A DNA stretch of 64,000 nt from Methylocystis sp. (GTDB lineage: Bacteria; Pseudomonadota; Alphaproteobacteria; Rhizobiales; Beijerinckiaceae): NCBI GenBank assembly GCA_051061375.1, contig JBPFDW010000020.1, positions 139,046 to 203,045 on the forward strand, written 5' to 3'. The translations under genes and the position numbers were made by a program. The notes below the pieces were generated by a model, which saw nothing but the letters and a program-made list of their open reading frames with translations, was not told the DNA's origin and did not search any database. Positions 30,038 through 39,600 of this stretch are shown piece after piece (within the stretch, counting starts at the first letter, position 1; every line of letters starts with the position of its first letter).

Positions 30038-31309
30038 ATGGCTATCAAGCGTCGATTTGCTTATTCACGCGCCGCGGCGCGGTTGCTGGCGGCCGCAGGC
30101 GTCGCCGCCCTTGTCGCCGGCTGCTCCGATGCTTCGCGCTTCGCGGGCGATCCCTTCTCCGACCCCTTCTCGGGTTCGCCCAAGATCGCGTCGCAAGGCG
30201 TCGACCGCGCGCCGGTCGGCGCCATCGCCAGCGCGCCGGCGCAGAGCGCGCCGTCGAGCGCTGTCGAATCCCGTCCCCTCCCGGCGCCCGTCGCCAGCGC
30301 TTCAGCGAGCCGCGCCACCGCGCCCGCGGCTTCGCCGTCGCCGACCCGCATCGCGGCGGCCGGCGGCGGCCATTGGAGCGCCGAGGGCGGAACGCCGATC
30401 GTCGTCGCCCAGGGCGAGACGGCCGGATTGCTCGCCACCCGCTACGGCGTGCCGCCGGACGCCCTGCTGCGCGCCAACGGCTTCAATGTCGCCTCGCAGG
30501 TTCAGCCGGGTTCGCGCCTGGTGATCCCGGTCTATCGCGCCGGCGGCGTCCCCGCGGTCGCCGCCCATGCGCCTGCCGCTCCGGCGAAAGCTGCGGCCGC
30601 CCCCGCGCCGGCGGCCAAATCCGCCGCCGCGAAGCCTTTGGCCCCGGGCAAGCCGGTTCGCAAGACCGAAGCCGAGCCGCCGAAAGCCAAGCTCGCCGAC
30701 GCCAAAGCCGCCGCCAAATCCGCGGCCGAAAAGTCGCCGGCGAAGGCCGACCCGCGCAGCGCCGCGGCGACGCCGGCGCGCGTCGTCAAGACCGAGCGCA
30801 TCGCGAGGACGCCCGTCGAGCCAGAGGCGAAAGCGCCGGCGACGCCAGTGGAAACGGCCAGTTCCCACAAGGTCGACTCGACCGCGACCGCCTCCATCCC
30901 CCCGGCGAATGAGCCGAAAGCGGTCGCGTCGGACGACGGGAAGCCGGAATTCCGCTGGCCCGCCCGCGGCCGCATCATTCAGGGCTTCTCGTCGGGCGGC
31001 AATGACGGAATCAACATTGCGGTGCCCGAGGGCACTCAGGTCAAGGCGGTCGAAGGCGGCGTCGTCGCCTATGCCGGCAACGAGCTCAAGGGCTACGGCA
31101 ATCTGGTGCTCATCCGCCATCCGAACGGCTTCGTCTCCGCCTACGCCCACAACGGCGAGATCGACGTGAAGCGCGGCGATCAGGTCAAGCGCGGCCAGAC
31201 GATCGCCAAATCCGGCCAGTCGGGCAATGTCGGCTCGCCGCAGCTTCACTTCGAGCTGCGCAAGGGTTCGACGCCGGTCGATCCCACGCGATATCTGGCC
31301 GGGTTGTAA
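30038..31309 (+). CDS. nlpD: LysM/M23 peptidoglycan hydrolase activator lipoprotein (NlpD-like)
   Basis: Lipobox VAGC, LysM domain, FRWPARGRII, NDGINI and PQLHFELRKG. Confidence 0.9.
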   Translation: MAIKRRFAYSRAAARLLAAAGVAALVAGCSDASRFAGDPFSDPFSGSPKIASQGVDRAPVGAIASAPAQSAPSSAVESRPLPAPVASASASRATAPAASPSPTRIAAAGGGHWSAEGGTPIVVAQGETAGLLATRYGVPPDALLRANGFNVASQVQPGSRLVIPVYRAGGVPAVAAHAPAAPAKAAAAPAPAAKSAAAKPLAPGKPVRKTEAEPPKAKLADAKAAAKSAAEKSPAKADPRSAAATPARVVKTERIARTPVEPEAKAPATPVETASSHKVDSTATASIPPANEPKAVASDDGKPEFRWPARGRIIQGFSSGGNDGINIAVPEGTQVKAVEGGVVAYAGNELKGYGNLVLIRHPNGFVSAYAHNGEIDVKRGDQVKRGQTIAKSGQSGNVGSPQLHFELRKGSTPVDPTRYLAGL

Positions 31310-31431
31310 GCATCAAACGCCAGAACCCCTCCGGCGTCCGCGAGACACAGACGCCGGAGTCGGAGCGGCGGGTCCAAGGAAAGGCCCGCCGCTCTCGTCT
31401 TTTTATGCGTCGTGGTATAGCCCGCGGGTCA

Positions 31432-31547
31432 TAGATCACACTGCATTTGGGCGGTATCGCTCAAATGCAGAAAACGTGATCTATTCCAATATTTTGAGCG
31501 CGCTTTACGCGAAAACCGGATTCCACTTTTTCGCGAGCCGCGCTCAA
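31432..31547 (-). repeat. Family A repeat, copy 3
   Basis: TAGATCACACTGCATTTGGGCGGTATCGCTCAAATGCAG...CCACTTTTTCGC. Confidence 0.85.
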
Positions 31548-31566
31548 GCCAGAGGAACCCGCACAA

Positions 31567-31860
31567 GTGACCTATCGTCTTGCCTTCGCTCTCGTCATCG
31601 TCGCCACGCCGGCTTTCGCCTTTGATCCGACCGGCGTCCCGCATTGTGACGCGCTGCTCAAACGCTATGAGGCGTGTTCGATTCAGTTGCCGCCGCGTCA
31701 GGTTCATGCCGCGCAAAAGGAGCTGCTCGACGGCGCCATGGGCATCCGCGCCGCGGCGGCCGATCCTTCGAAACGCGCCGATCTCGAACGCTATTGCGTC
31801 GACCGATTCGAGCAGATGAAGAAAGACAGCGACATCAAGGAGTGCATGTCGAAGCCCTGA
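31567..31860 (+). CDS. Small exported Cys-containing helical protein
   Basis: Signal peptide (PAFA); TGVP.CD..L.RYEAC motif. Confidence 0.75.
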   Translation: MTYRLAFALVIVATPAFAFDPTGVPHCDALLKRYEACSIQLPPRQVHAAQKELLDGAMGIRAAAADPSKRADLERYCVDRFEQMKKDSDIKECMSKP

Positions 31861-32983
31861 TCGGCGCGCGGGCCTGGACGTAGTCCTTTCCACGCATTTC
31901 GATCAGGCGGGAGGCGGCGCGCTCGAACTCGCGCGCCTCCGCGCCGAACTCGGCCTGATAGAGGTCGCATGGCTCGGCCGCGGCCGACACGATCAGCAGG
32001 ACGCGCGCCTCGTAGAAAATGTCGATGAGCGTGATGAACCGGCGCGCTTCGTTGCGTTGTTCGGGCGCGAGAATCGGAACCTCTTCGAGGATCACCGCGT
32101 CGAAGGTCTCGGCGAGCGCCATATAGTCCGTCGCCGACAAGGCCTCGCCGCACAGCGCCGTGAAGGTAAAGCGTGCGACGCGGCCCGCCGCCCGCGGTAT
32201 GTCGATGCGGCGTCGCTTGACATCGATCGTCGCCGGCGTTTCCGCCGCCCCATCCGCGAGCGTGGCGTAAAGCGCGTCGATCGCCGCTTTTGCGCGCGAG
32301 TCGGCGGGGGTGAAATAGACCTGACCCAAATCTTCGCGCCGCCGCCGATAGTCGCTCGACGCTTCGAGACGCACGACCTCCATGCGGTGCTGCAGCAGGG
32401 CGATAAAGGGCAGGAAGAGATCGCGGTTGCGGCCGCCCTCGTAGAGCCGCGAAGGTTCGACGTTTGAGGTGGCGACGACGACCACGCCCAATTCCAGCAG
32501 CGCAGAAAACAGCCGCGCCAGTATCGTGGCGTCGGCGATATCGTTCACGGCGAATTCGTCGAAGCAGAGCACGCGCGCGTCCGTTGCGATTTCGCGCGCG
32601 ACGCAGGTCACGGGATCGGCGTCGCCAAGCGGGTTGCGACGCAGACGATGCAGCCGGTCGTGCACATCCGCCATGAAGGCGTGGAAATGCGCGCGGCGTT
32701 TTCTGTCGATCGGAAGCTCGCTGAAGAACAGATTCATCAGGAATGTCTTGCCGCGTCCGACCTGTCCCCAAAGATAAAGCCCGCTCGGTCGGCGGGCGCG
32801 CGGGCGAAATTTCGCAAGAAGCGCCTGCGCCAAATTGGCGCTCCTCGGCCGCCGGCCGGAAAGCGCGTCGGCGAGCGCCTGAAGCTTCTCGACCGCGGCG
32901 CGCTGCGACGCGTCGCGCTCCAGCGCGCCTTGCGCAACGAGCGCCTCATATTTCTCGACGATGGCTTGTGCGTGCGCCGTCAT
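31835..32983 (-). CDS. zapE: Cell division ATPase ZapE (AFG1 family)
   Basis: GLYLWG.VGRGKT.LM, HFH.FM, LCFDEF, TSN and NEARRFITLID..YE. Confidence 0.93.
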   Translation of the reverse strand: MTAHAQAIVEKYEALVAQGALERDASQRAAVEKLQALADALSGRRPRSANLAQALLAKFRPRARRPSGLYLWGQVGRGKTFLMNLFFSELPIDRKRRAHFHAFMADVHDRLHRLRRNPLGDADPVTCVAREIATDARVLCFDEFAVNDIADATILARLFSALLELGVVVVATSNVEPSRLYEGGRNRDLFLPFIALLQHRMEVVRLEASSDYRRRREDLGQVYFTPADSRAKAAIDALYATLADGAAETPATIDVKRRRIDIPRAAGRVARFTFTALCGEALSATDYMALAETFDAVILEEVPILAPEQRNEARRFITLIDIFYEARVLLIVSAAAEPCDLYQAEFGAEAREFERAASRLIEMRGKDYVQARAPIRASTCTP

Positions 32984-33477
32984 ACGCGCCGCATCCGGCC
33001 GTTTGTCTCCGCGAGGGCGCCGGGGCGAAGTTCGCAATAGAGCAGGCGGTCGGAGTCGACCGGTCCCGGCATGGTGATCTTGCCGCGGGGCACGCGCGCG
33101 AAGCCGAGCCGGGCGTAATAGTCCTCGTCGCCGACAAGCAGCACGAGGCCGTGTCCGGCGTCGCGCGCGGCGTCGAGCGAATATTTGACCAGCGTCTCGC
33201 CGACCCGTTGCTGGCGAAACGCCGGCTCGACGGTCAGCGGCCCAAGCAGAAGCGCGGGCGTCGATCCGACCAGAATCGGGGTCATGCGATTGACGCCGAC
33301 GAGCAGCGTGCCGATTCGCGCCACGAAGGACAGCGAGCGGTCCGGCTCGACGCCTTCGCGCAGGCGATAGGCGGTGCGCGCAAATCGGCCCGGGCCGAAG
33401 GCGCGTTCGTCGAGCTTCTCGATATGCGCGTCGTCGGCGGCGGTGAGCGGCGCGAATTTTACGGCGAGATCGATCAT
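32980..33477 (-). CDS. GNAT acetyltransferase
   Basis: AFGPGRFARTAYRLRE, LLGPL.V and LVGD..YY.R.GF. Confidence 0.9.
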   Translation of the reverse strand: MIDLAVKFAPLTAADDAHIEKLDERAFGPGRFARTAYRLREGVEPDRSLSFVARIGTLLVGVNRMTPILVGSTPALLLGPLTVEPAFRQQRVGETLVKYSLDAARDAGHGLVLLVGDEDYYARLGFARVPRGKITMPGPVDSDRLLYCELRPGALAETNGRMRRV

Positions 33478-33493
33478 GTCGGCGCCTAAACCC

Positions 33494-33609
33494 TAGAGCG
33501 CGCTGCGAAAAAGCGGGAACCGGCTTTTCGCGTAGAGCGCGCCCTAAGCTTTTGGAATCGATCACGTTATCTGCATTTGGGCGATTCCGCCCAAATGCAG
33601 CGTGATCTA
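33494..33609 (+). repeat. Family A repeat, copy 4
   Basis: 116 bp, collinear with copy 1, TA at both ends. Confidence 0.9.
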
Positions 33610-33698
33610 TGCGACGCCATATCATGCGTTGACGGCGCCGCAAAACGCCTGGTTGCGGCGCGATAGGCCGCATGCGAGCCTGCTTAAGGGAGAAGCCC

Positions 33699-34274
33699 AT
33701 GGCGGAATATCGCTTGCGCCCGGCGTCACTGGCGGACGCCCGCGCGATCGCCGAGATCAACGCCGCGGCCTGGCGCGAGACCTACGCCGGCCTCATGCCG
33801 GCGGAAATGCTGGCGAGCATCGACCTCGACGGCTGGACGCGGCGCTGGCTGGCGCGGATCGGTTCGGCCGAAACCGGCCAAGCCGTCTTCGTCGCGCTCG
33901 AAGGCGGCGTTCCGGTCGGCTTCGCCCGCTGCAACCGCCAATCCAACCCGAAGCTCGTTCCGCTGGGCTTCGACGGAGAGATCGCCTCGATCTATCTCCT
34001 GCGGCGCGTCCAGCGCCGGGGATTGGGCAGAGGCCTGATGGCGCGGCTCGCCGAACATCTGACGTTCGTCGGTTGCGCGAGCGCCGCGGTGTGGGTGCTC
34101 CGCGACGCGCCGAAGGCGCGCGGATTTTACGAGGCGCTCGGCGCGGCGCCTGTCGGCGTCGAGGGCGTGTGGGACGTCGAAGGCGTCGTTCTGCCCGATC
34201 TTGCCTATGGATGGCGCGACATACGAAACCTATCCGAAGCCGCGGACGCTCGAAAAGCCTCACCAGTAAGGTGA
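33699..34274 (+). CDS. GNAT acetyltransferase
   Basis: AWRETYAG..P, EI..IYLL...Q..GLGR.L and A..FYE.LG. Confidence 0.88.
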   Translation: MAEYRLRPASLADARAIAEINAAAWRETYAGLMPAEMLASIDLDGWTRRWLARIGSAETGQAVFVALEGGVPVGFARCNRQSNPKLVPLGFDGEIASIYLLRRVQRRGLGRGLMARLAEHLTFVGCASAAVWVLRDAPKARGFYEALGAAPVGVEGVWDVEGVVLPDLAYGWRDIRNLSEAADARKASPVR

Positions 34275-34784
34275 AATCGGCGCCTTCTCCAACGCCTCGG
34301 ATAGGCGCGCCCGCGTCGCCGCGGTCGTCTCCGCCGGCAGCGCGTCAAGCGCGAAGAAGCCGGCCTCGGCGATTTCGCGATCGGGGACGCGCGGCTCGAT
34401 GATGCGAAAAGCGCGCACGAGGTAGAGCGCGACATGGTCGCGCGCCGAGAAACGCCGATTGAAATACACGCCGAAGAGTTCGGGCGGTTCGTCGATCAGA
34501 ACATTCGCCTCTTCATGGAGTTCGCGTTTGAGCGCGTCGACCAGAGTCTCGCGGCTTTCAACGCCGCCGCCCGGCAGATAGAAACCGTCGACATAGGTGT
34601 GACGGACGAGCAGGACGCGGCGCCGATCGTCAAGCACAAGGCCGCGCACGCCCAGGGTCATGGGACGCTGAAACCGCGCGCCCAAGGCGATCAGCCTGCG
34701 CGCGATGCGCGATCGCGTCGATTGCGACTCGCTCGCTTGCTCCTGCTCCGTCAATACCGGCTCCGATCGCCGAAACTCTGGCAA
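34260..34784 (-). CDS. NUDIX hydrolase
   Basis: TLGVR..V, LVRHTY and LPGGGVE..ET...L.REL.EE. Confidence 0.9.
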   Translation of the reverse strand: MPEFRRSEPVLTEQEQASESQSTRSRIARRLIALGARFQRPMTLGVRGLVLDDRRRVLLVRHTYVDGFYLPGGGVESRETLVDALKRELHEEANVLIDEPPELFGVYFNRRFSARDHVALYLVRAFRIIEPRVPDREIAEAGFFALDALPAETTAATRARLSEALEKAPISPYW

Positions 34785-34871
34785 ATGTTCCGCGAAGGCT
34801 CTAGTAATCGCCAGCCCATCCTAGCAGGAAAGCGCCGCCGCTGAACGGGCCCGGAAGGATATGAGGCTGTC

Positions 34872-35741
34872 TTGAATTTTCGGCTTGCTCATCTCTCCGA
34901 CGCGCATATCGGTCCGATTCCGCGGCCAAATCTCGCCGAGCTTCTCGGCAAGCGCGTCACGGGCTATGTGAACTGGCTCTATAAGCGCGGCGCTCAGCAC
35001 GATATGGGCGTGCTCGCCAGCATCGTCGCCGACATCAAGTCGCAGGCGCCGGACCATGTCGTCATGACCGGCGACATCGTCAACATCGGACTTCCCGGCG
35101 AAATCGCGCTGGCCAAAGACTGGCTCGCCGCTCTCGGCGCGCCGAGCGACGTGAGCTTCACGCCCGGCAATCACGACGCCTATGTCGCGAGCGTGACCGA
35201 CCTCGTTCACGAGGTTTTCGCGCCCTGGACGAGCAGCGAGATCGAAGGCGCGGGCTTTCCCTATTTGCGCCGGCGCGGCGGCGTCGCGCTGATCGGTCTC
35301 GACACCGGCGTGCCGACGGCGCCTTTCGTCGCATCCGGCCGGCTTGGAGAGGCGCAACGCGCGAGGCTCGCTCAATTGCTGGATGCCGCCAATGCGGAAG
35401 GTCTGGCGCGGGTCGTCTGCCTGCATCATCCGCCGCATGTCGGCGGCGCGAGGCTGCTGCGCGGGCTCCAGGACGCCGGGGAATTCGAGGCCGTCATCGC
35501 CCGGCACGGCGCCGAACTCATCGTGCATGGTCATAATCACAGGCCGAGCCTGCATCGACTTCACGCCGCGCCTGTCGTCGGCGTCGCGTCGGCGTCGGCG
35601 CGCCCCGGCGGACATTATCCGGGCGCGGCTTACAATCTTTACGACTTCGCGCGCAAGGACGACGTCTTGAGCATCACGCTGCGCAGGCGTGGATTGAACG
35701 AGGCTGGAAACGTCGTCGAACTTGAATCGCTTGAGCTGTGA
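34872..35741 (+). CDS. Calcineurin-like metallophosphoesterase
   Basis: HLSD.H, TGD.VN, PGNHD, HHPP and HGH.H. Confidence 0.9.
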   Translation: MNFRLAHLSDAHIGPIPRPNLAELLGKRVTGYVNWLYKRGAQHDMGVLASIVADIKSQAPDHVVMTGDIVNIGLPGEIALAKDWLAALGAPSDVSFTPGNHDAYVASVTDLVHEVFAPWTSSEIEGAGFPYLRRRGGVALIGLDTGVPTAPFVASGRLGEAQRARLAQLLDAANAEGLARVVCLHHPPHVGGARLLRGLQDAGEFEAVIARHGAELIVHGHNHRPSLHRLHAAPVVGVASASARPGGHYPGAAYNLYDFARKDDVLSITLRRRGLNEAGNVVELESLEL

Positions 35742-35744
35742 AGA

Positions 35745-36479
35745 TCAGACTGTGAAATAGGTCTGATAGGCCCATGCCGCCAATACGGCCAGCAGCGCGA
35801 AGAAAGCGGCGGCGCCAAAAAATTCCGCGATGAACGCGGCGGCGCGAGCGACTTTGCTCGAGAAAGACGCGTCGTCATCGCGCGCCGTCGCCTTGTCGCG
35901 CGCCGCGGCCGCCTTGACGGCGAGCGCCCGCGCCGCGCCGCCGCTCGCATAATCGATCGCCAGCGCCTTTTCGCGCTCGATCAGACGATGCGCGATATAG
36001 GCGGTGATCGCCTCGACAAGCTCCTCAGCGTTGTCGCTTTCGCAAAGCGCGACCCGGCCGTGACGCGTGTCCTGAAGAAATCGGTAGGTGCGCCGGTCGC
36101 GATCCATTTCGACGAAGCCGATCTGGTCGATGAACAGGCGCGGCCGCTCCCCCGGCGCCACCCCAACGTCGAAAATATCGCAGCCCGGCGGCAGTTGCGC
36201 CAGGACCGGCGCCAGCCCATCGCCGAGCATTTCCAGTCGGGCGATTTCCGCGGCGCGCAAATCAGAAATCGCGGCGGAGCGCTCGGCGTTCTCAAGGCGG
36301 GCGCGGCGCAGCGCCTCGGCGAGGCTCGCCATGCGCTCGTCGAGCGGTCCGGCGTCCTTGCGGACGAAGCGCTCCCGCTCGACGCGAAGCGAGAGACGTT
36401 CGGCAGGCGTGGCGGGGGAAGCGCTCCTGGGGTCGTCGTCGCGAGTATCGGCTGGCGGCGCGGGCAGGGGCTCTTCCAT
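35745..36479 (-). CDS. Conserved hypothetical protein with C-terminal TM segment
   Basis: DLR.AE.ARLE.L, PRL.ID...V.M.RD.R.YRF.QD; typical GC codon usage. Confidence 0.75.
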   Translation of the reverse strand: MEEPLPAPPADTRDDDPRSASPATPAERLSLRVERERFVRKDAGPLDERMASLAEALRRARLENAERSAAISDLRAAEIARLEMLGDGLAPVLAQLPPGCDIFDVGVAPGERPRLFIDQIGFVEMDRDRRTYRFLQDTRHGRVALCESDNAEELVEAITAYIAHRLIEREKALAIDYASGGAARALAVKAAAARDKATARDDDASFSSKVARAAAFIAEFFGAAAFFALLAVLAAWAYQTYFTV

Positions 36480-36695
36480 CTCGTCCACTCGCTGATGCCC
36501 TCGTGACGCGGCCGGGGCGATAAAGCATTGTGGACTATAACGGCTCTCGGCGGCGGTGCGAAGCGCCGGGGGCGTGGAAGCGAGGCGGGAGTCGACTTTT
36601 TCCCCCGCCTCCGGCAAGTGAATCCTTACGATCGCCGCTGATTCCGGCCATTAACGATAAAAACGTCGGATGTGACAGAGGCGCGGAGGGGATCC

Positions 36696-39600
36696 ATGGC
36701 CGTCAATCGTGGCGAATCGGATGTGAAGAGCGCCGTGTTTGAACGCATCATTATCGGCGCCGGCTTTGCGGTCTTCGCGGCGCTGGAGGCGGCGGGCGGC
36801 GGCGAACACGCGATCGTCGCCGGTTTTTTCGCCGGCGCTTCGATCTTCATGTTGCGCCGCTCGTCCGAGAGCGCGCGCCAGGCGGCCGATTTCGGCGTGG
36901 ATTTCCTCGTCGTCGCGATTTTTACGCTGCTCTGCGACCGCTCGGGCGTCTTGTGGCGCGCGCCGGAAAACTTCGCCGAATTGTTCCGGTTTTCGCCCGT
37001 GGGGGCGGGGACCGCCGCCATTCTCTATCTCGCCGGGGTGGTCACGCTGCGGGCGCGCTCACGCATGGCGGTGCGCGCAGCCCTGTTCGTTTTGCCGCTG
37101 CAGTTCAGCCTGCTGCTCGCACTCGGCTCGCCGGTCGTCACCCAGATCGGCGGCGGGCTGCTGCTCGGCCTCGACGTCCCGGACGCCTTTAGAAATATCG
37201 CGGGACGCACGCTGGTCCTGTTTCTGCTCAATGAGTCGGTCGTGGTCGGCGTGCCGCTCGCGCTGGGCCGATTCCTTCCGCGCCAGTGGCGTCCGCATGG
37301 CGTGTTATTCGCCTCGGCGTTCCTCGCGTCGCTCACTCCCTATATCGCGACCTCGGTTTCCTTTTTCGTCGCGCCCTATCTGCCCTATCCGGCGACGGCG
37401 GCGGTCGCCGCCGTGGCGGCGGCGCTGGCGCAGGCCGGTCTGTGGGGCCAAACCTATCTCGTGACTCAGGCGATGGCGGGTCTGTTGCGGGCGACGCCGT
37501 CGCTGCAGGTCGTCGTGTTCCACGATTGGCGGACGGGCGCCGAAAAGGGCGCGGTTTACGGCCTGGTGTTCATGGCGCTGCTGCTCGCGGCCGGGCTGGT
37601 CGTTTCCTTCCCGCCGGCCGTGGCGGTGATTTCAGCTTCGGGTCCGATCGGCGGCGCGTTGATCGGCGCGGCGTTGTTCCCGCTTGCGCGTGCGATCGTC
37701 GAGAGCACCGACTCGACGCCGCCCTTCTTCGCGCGGGTCGAAGAGCTTTATCTGCATCCCTCCAACTATTTCCGCGGCGCGGTCGCCGGCGCCGCCGTCG
37801 CGCTTGCTGTGATGATCGGACTTCCGGCGGCGAGCGGCGGCCACAGGTTCCTCTTCGGCGCCCTTGCCGGCGCGCTCGCTTATGCCGGCGTCGACGCGGC
37901 GATCGATTTCGCCGCGCTGACTCAGGGACGCCGGCAGCATCTGCGCAGCTGGCGAGTCTATTCGCTGGGCGCGCTCCTCGGCGCGCTCGTCGCCGGCGCC
38001 ATCGCCTGGTATCTCGACACGGGGCAGGTCGAAACGATTGTCTCGAAATTCTTCGCCTATACGTCGCTCGACTATGCGGCGGACGGGCGTCCGGTCAACG
38101 ACTATGTCGTGCGTCCGCTCTTCTCCAAATGGGGCGCGACGGATCTCGGCAGGGTCGACGGCGGCGTAAGACTATTCTTCGACGAGTCGTTTTCGGGCGT
38201 CATTCAATGGGTGTTCGCGGCGCCGCTGTTTTCGATCAATCTGTTTTTCCTGACGGCGCTCGTGGAGCGCAGCCTGCGGCCGCTTCGGCAGCTTGCGAGC
38301 TGGCAGGGCCTCGACATGCTCGTCGAAAACGCCGTGCGGGTGTTGCGCTGGGGCCTGTGGATGGCGCCGGTGATCTATTCCTTCCTCAAGGCGTCGCCCG
38401 ATCCCACCTGGTACAATCAGGACGGGCTGATCAGAACCGGCGTCGCGAGCTGGATGAACTACATCCTTCCCGACTCCGATTTCCGCGCCTGGAGCCTCGA
38501 TATATTCACCGCGCTCCTCGCCTATGACGCCCTGCGCGTGCTGATCTGGTTCGACCATATGGGCCTGCGGGTCGCGACCCTGGTCAATCTCTCTTTCGTC
38601 GGCGGCGACGCAGCGGACGAAAAGGCCGCGCGCTTTCTCGGGAAATCGCAGACGAGCCGTGCGATCCCGGAGGGGATTCGCCGCTTTGGCACATGGGCGC
38701 CGCTCCTGCTTCCCTTTTATATTCCGCGCGGCGCGGATTGGGACGGCGCGTGGAGCGCCTCGGAGCAATTGGCGCATACGCGGCCGCCGTCCTACGCTTA
38801 TCTGGTCAGCGGCTATCTGATCTATGCTGGCCTCGTCGCCTTCGGCCTCGTCATCTTTCTTCTCGGGCGGCTGGCGCGCGCCCAGAAAGTCACGATCGAA
38901 GGCATTACCGGCGCCGGCGGCGTGCCGGGCTCGCGTCCGTTGAAACTGACCAACGGGCTGATGACCAGCGAGTGGTTCCAAGACGGGCAGGGCGCGATAC
39001 GCATCGAGGGCGTGGCGCGCGGCGGTCCGCCGATCGATCTGACGCGGCGGCCGGACGATCACGCCCATCCGCGCGGGCGTTTTCTGTTTCTGCGCGAAGA
39101 CGGCGGCGAGCTATGGTCGATCGGCGAAGCGCCGACCCGCTGCAGAGCCGCTCAGGCGTCGCTCACCGACGCTGGCGAGAACTGCCTGTTCTTCATGGCG
39201 GAGCGCAATGGATTCGCGATCGAGGCCCGCGTCTCGCTCGCCGCCGACGAAGCGGTCGAGATCACCCGGCTGAAAATCGTCAATCTCGAGCAGCGCCATC
39301 GCAAACTGGTGCTCGCGTCGCTGCGCGAATGGGTGCTCAACGAGACGGGCGTCGAACTTCGCGACGCCGCTTACAACGCGATTCATGTCGGCACATGGTA
39401 CGTCCGCTCGCTCAATGCGATTTTCGCGCAGAACCGATTGCTCAAGGGCGGTGCGCGCCGCCAGTCCGATCGCCGGCTGTCGCCCGAGATCGGCTTTCAC
39501 GCCATCGGCGGCGGCGCCGACGCGAAGATTTCCGTCGTCGGCTATGAGGACGTGAAATCGCGCTTCTATGGCATGGGCTCGGTGCATGCGCCCGACAGCC

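Noticed and set aside
32984-33760. 641-aa ZapE with a long N-terminal extension
   Set aside because: The extension overlaps the real GNAT gene and a family A repeat; ZapE starts at 32983, coupled to the GNAT stop.
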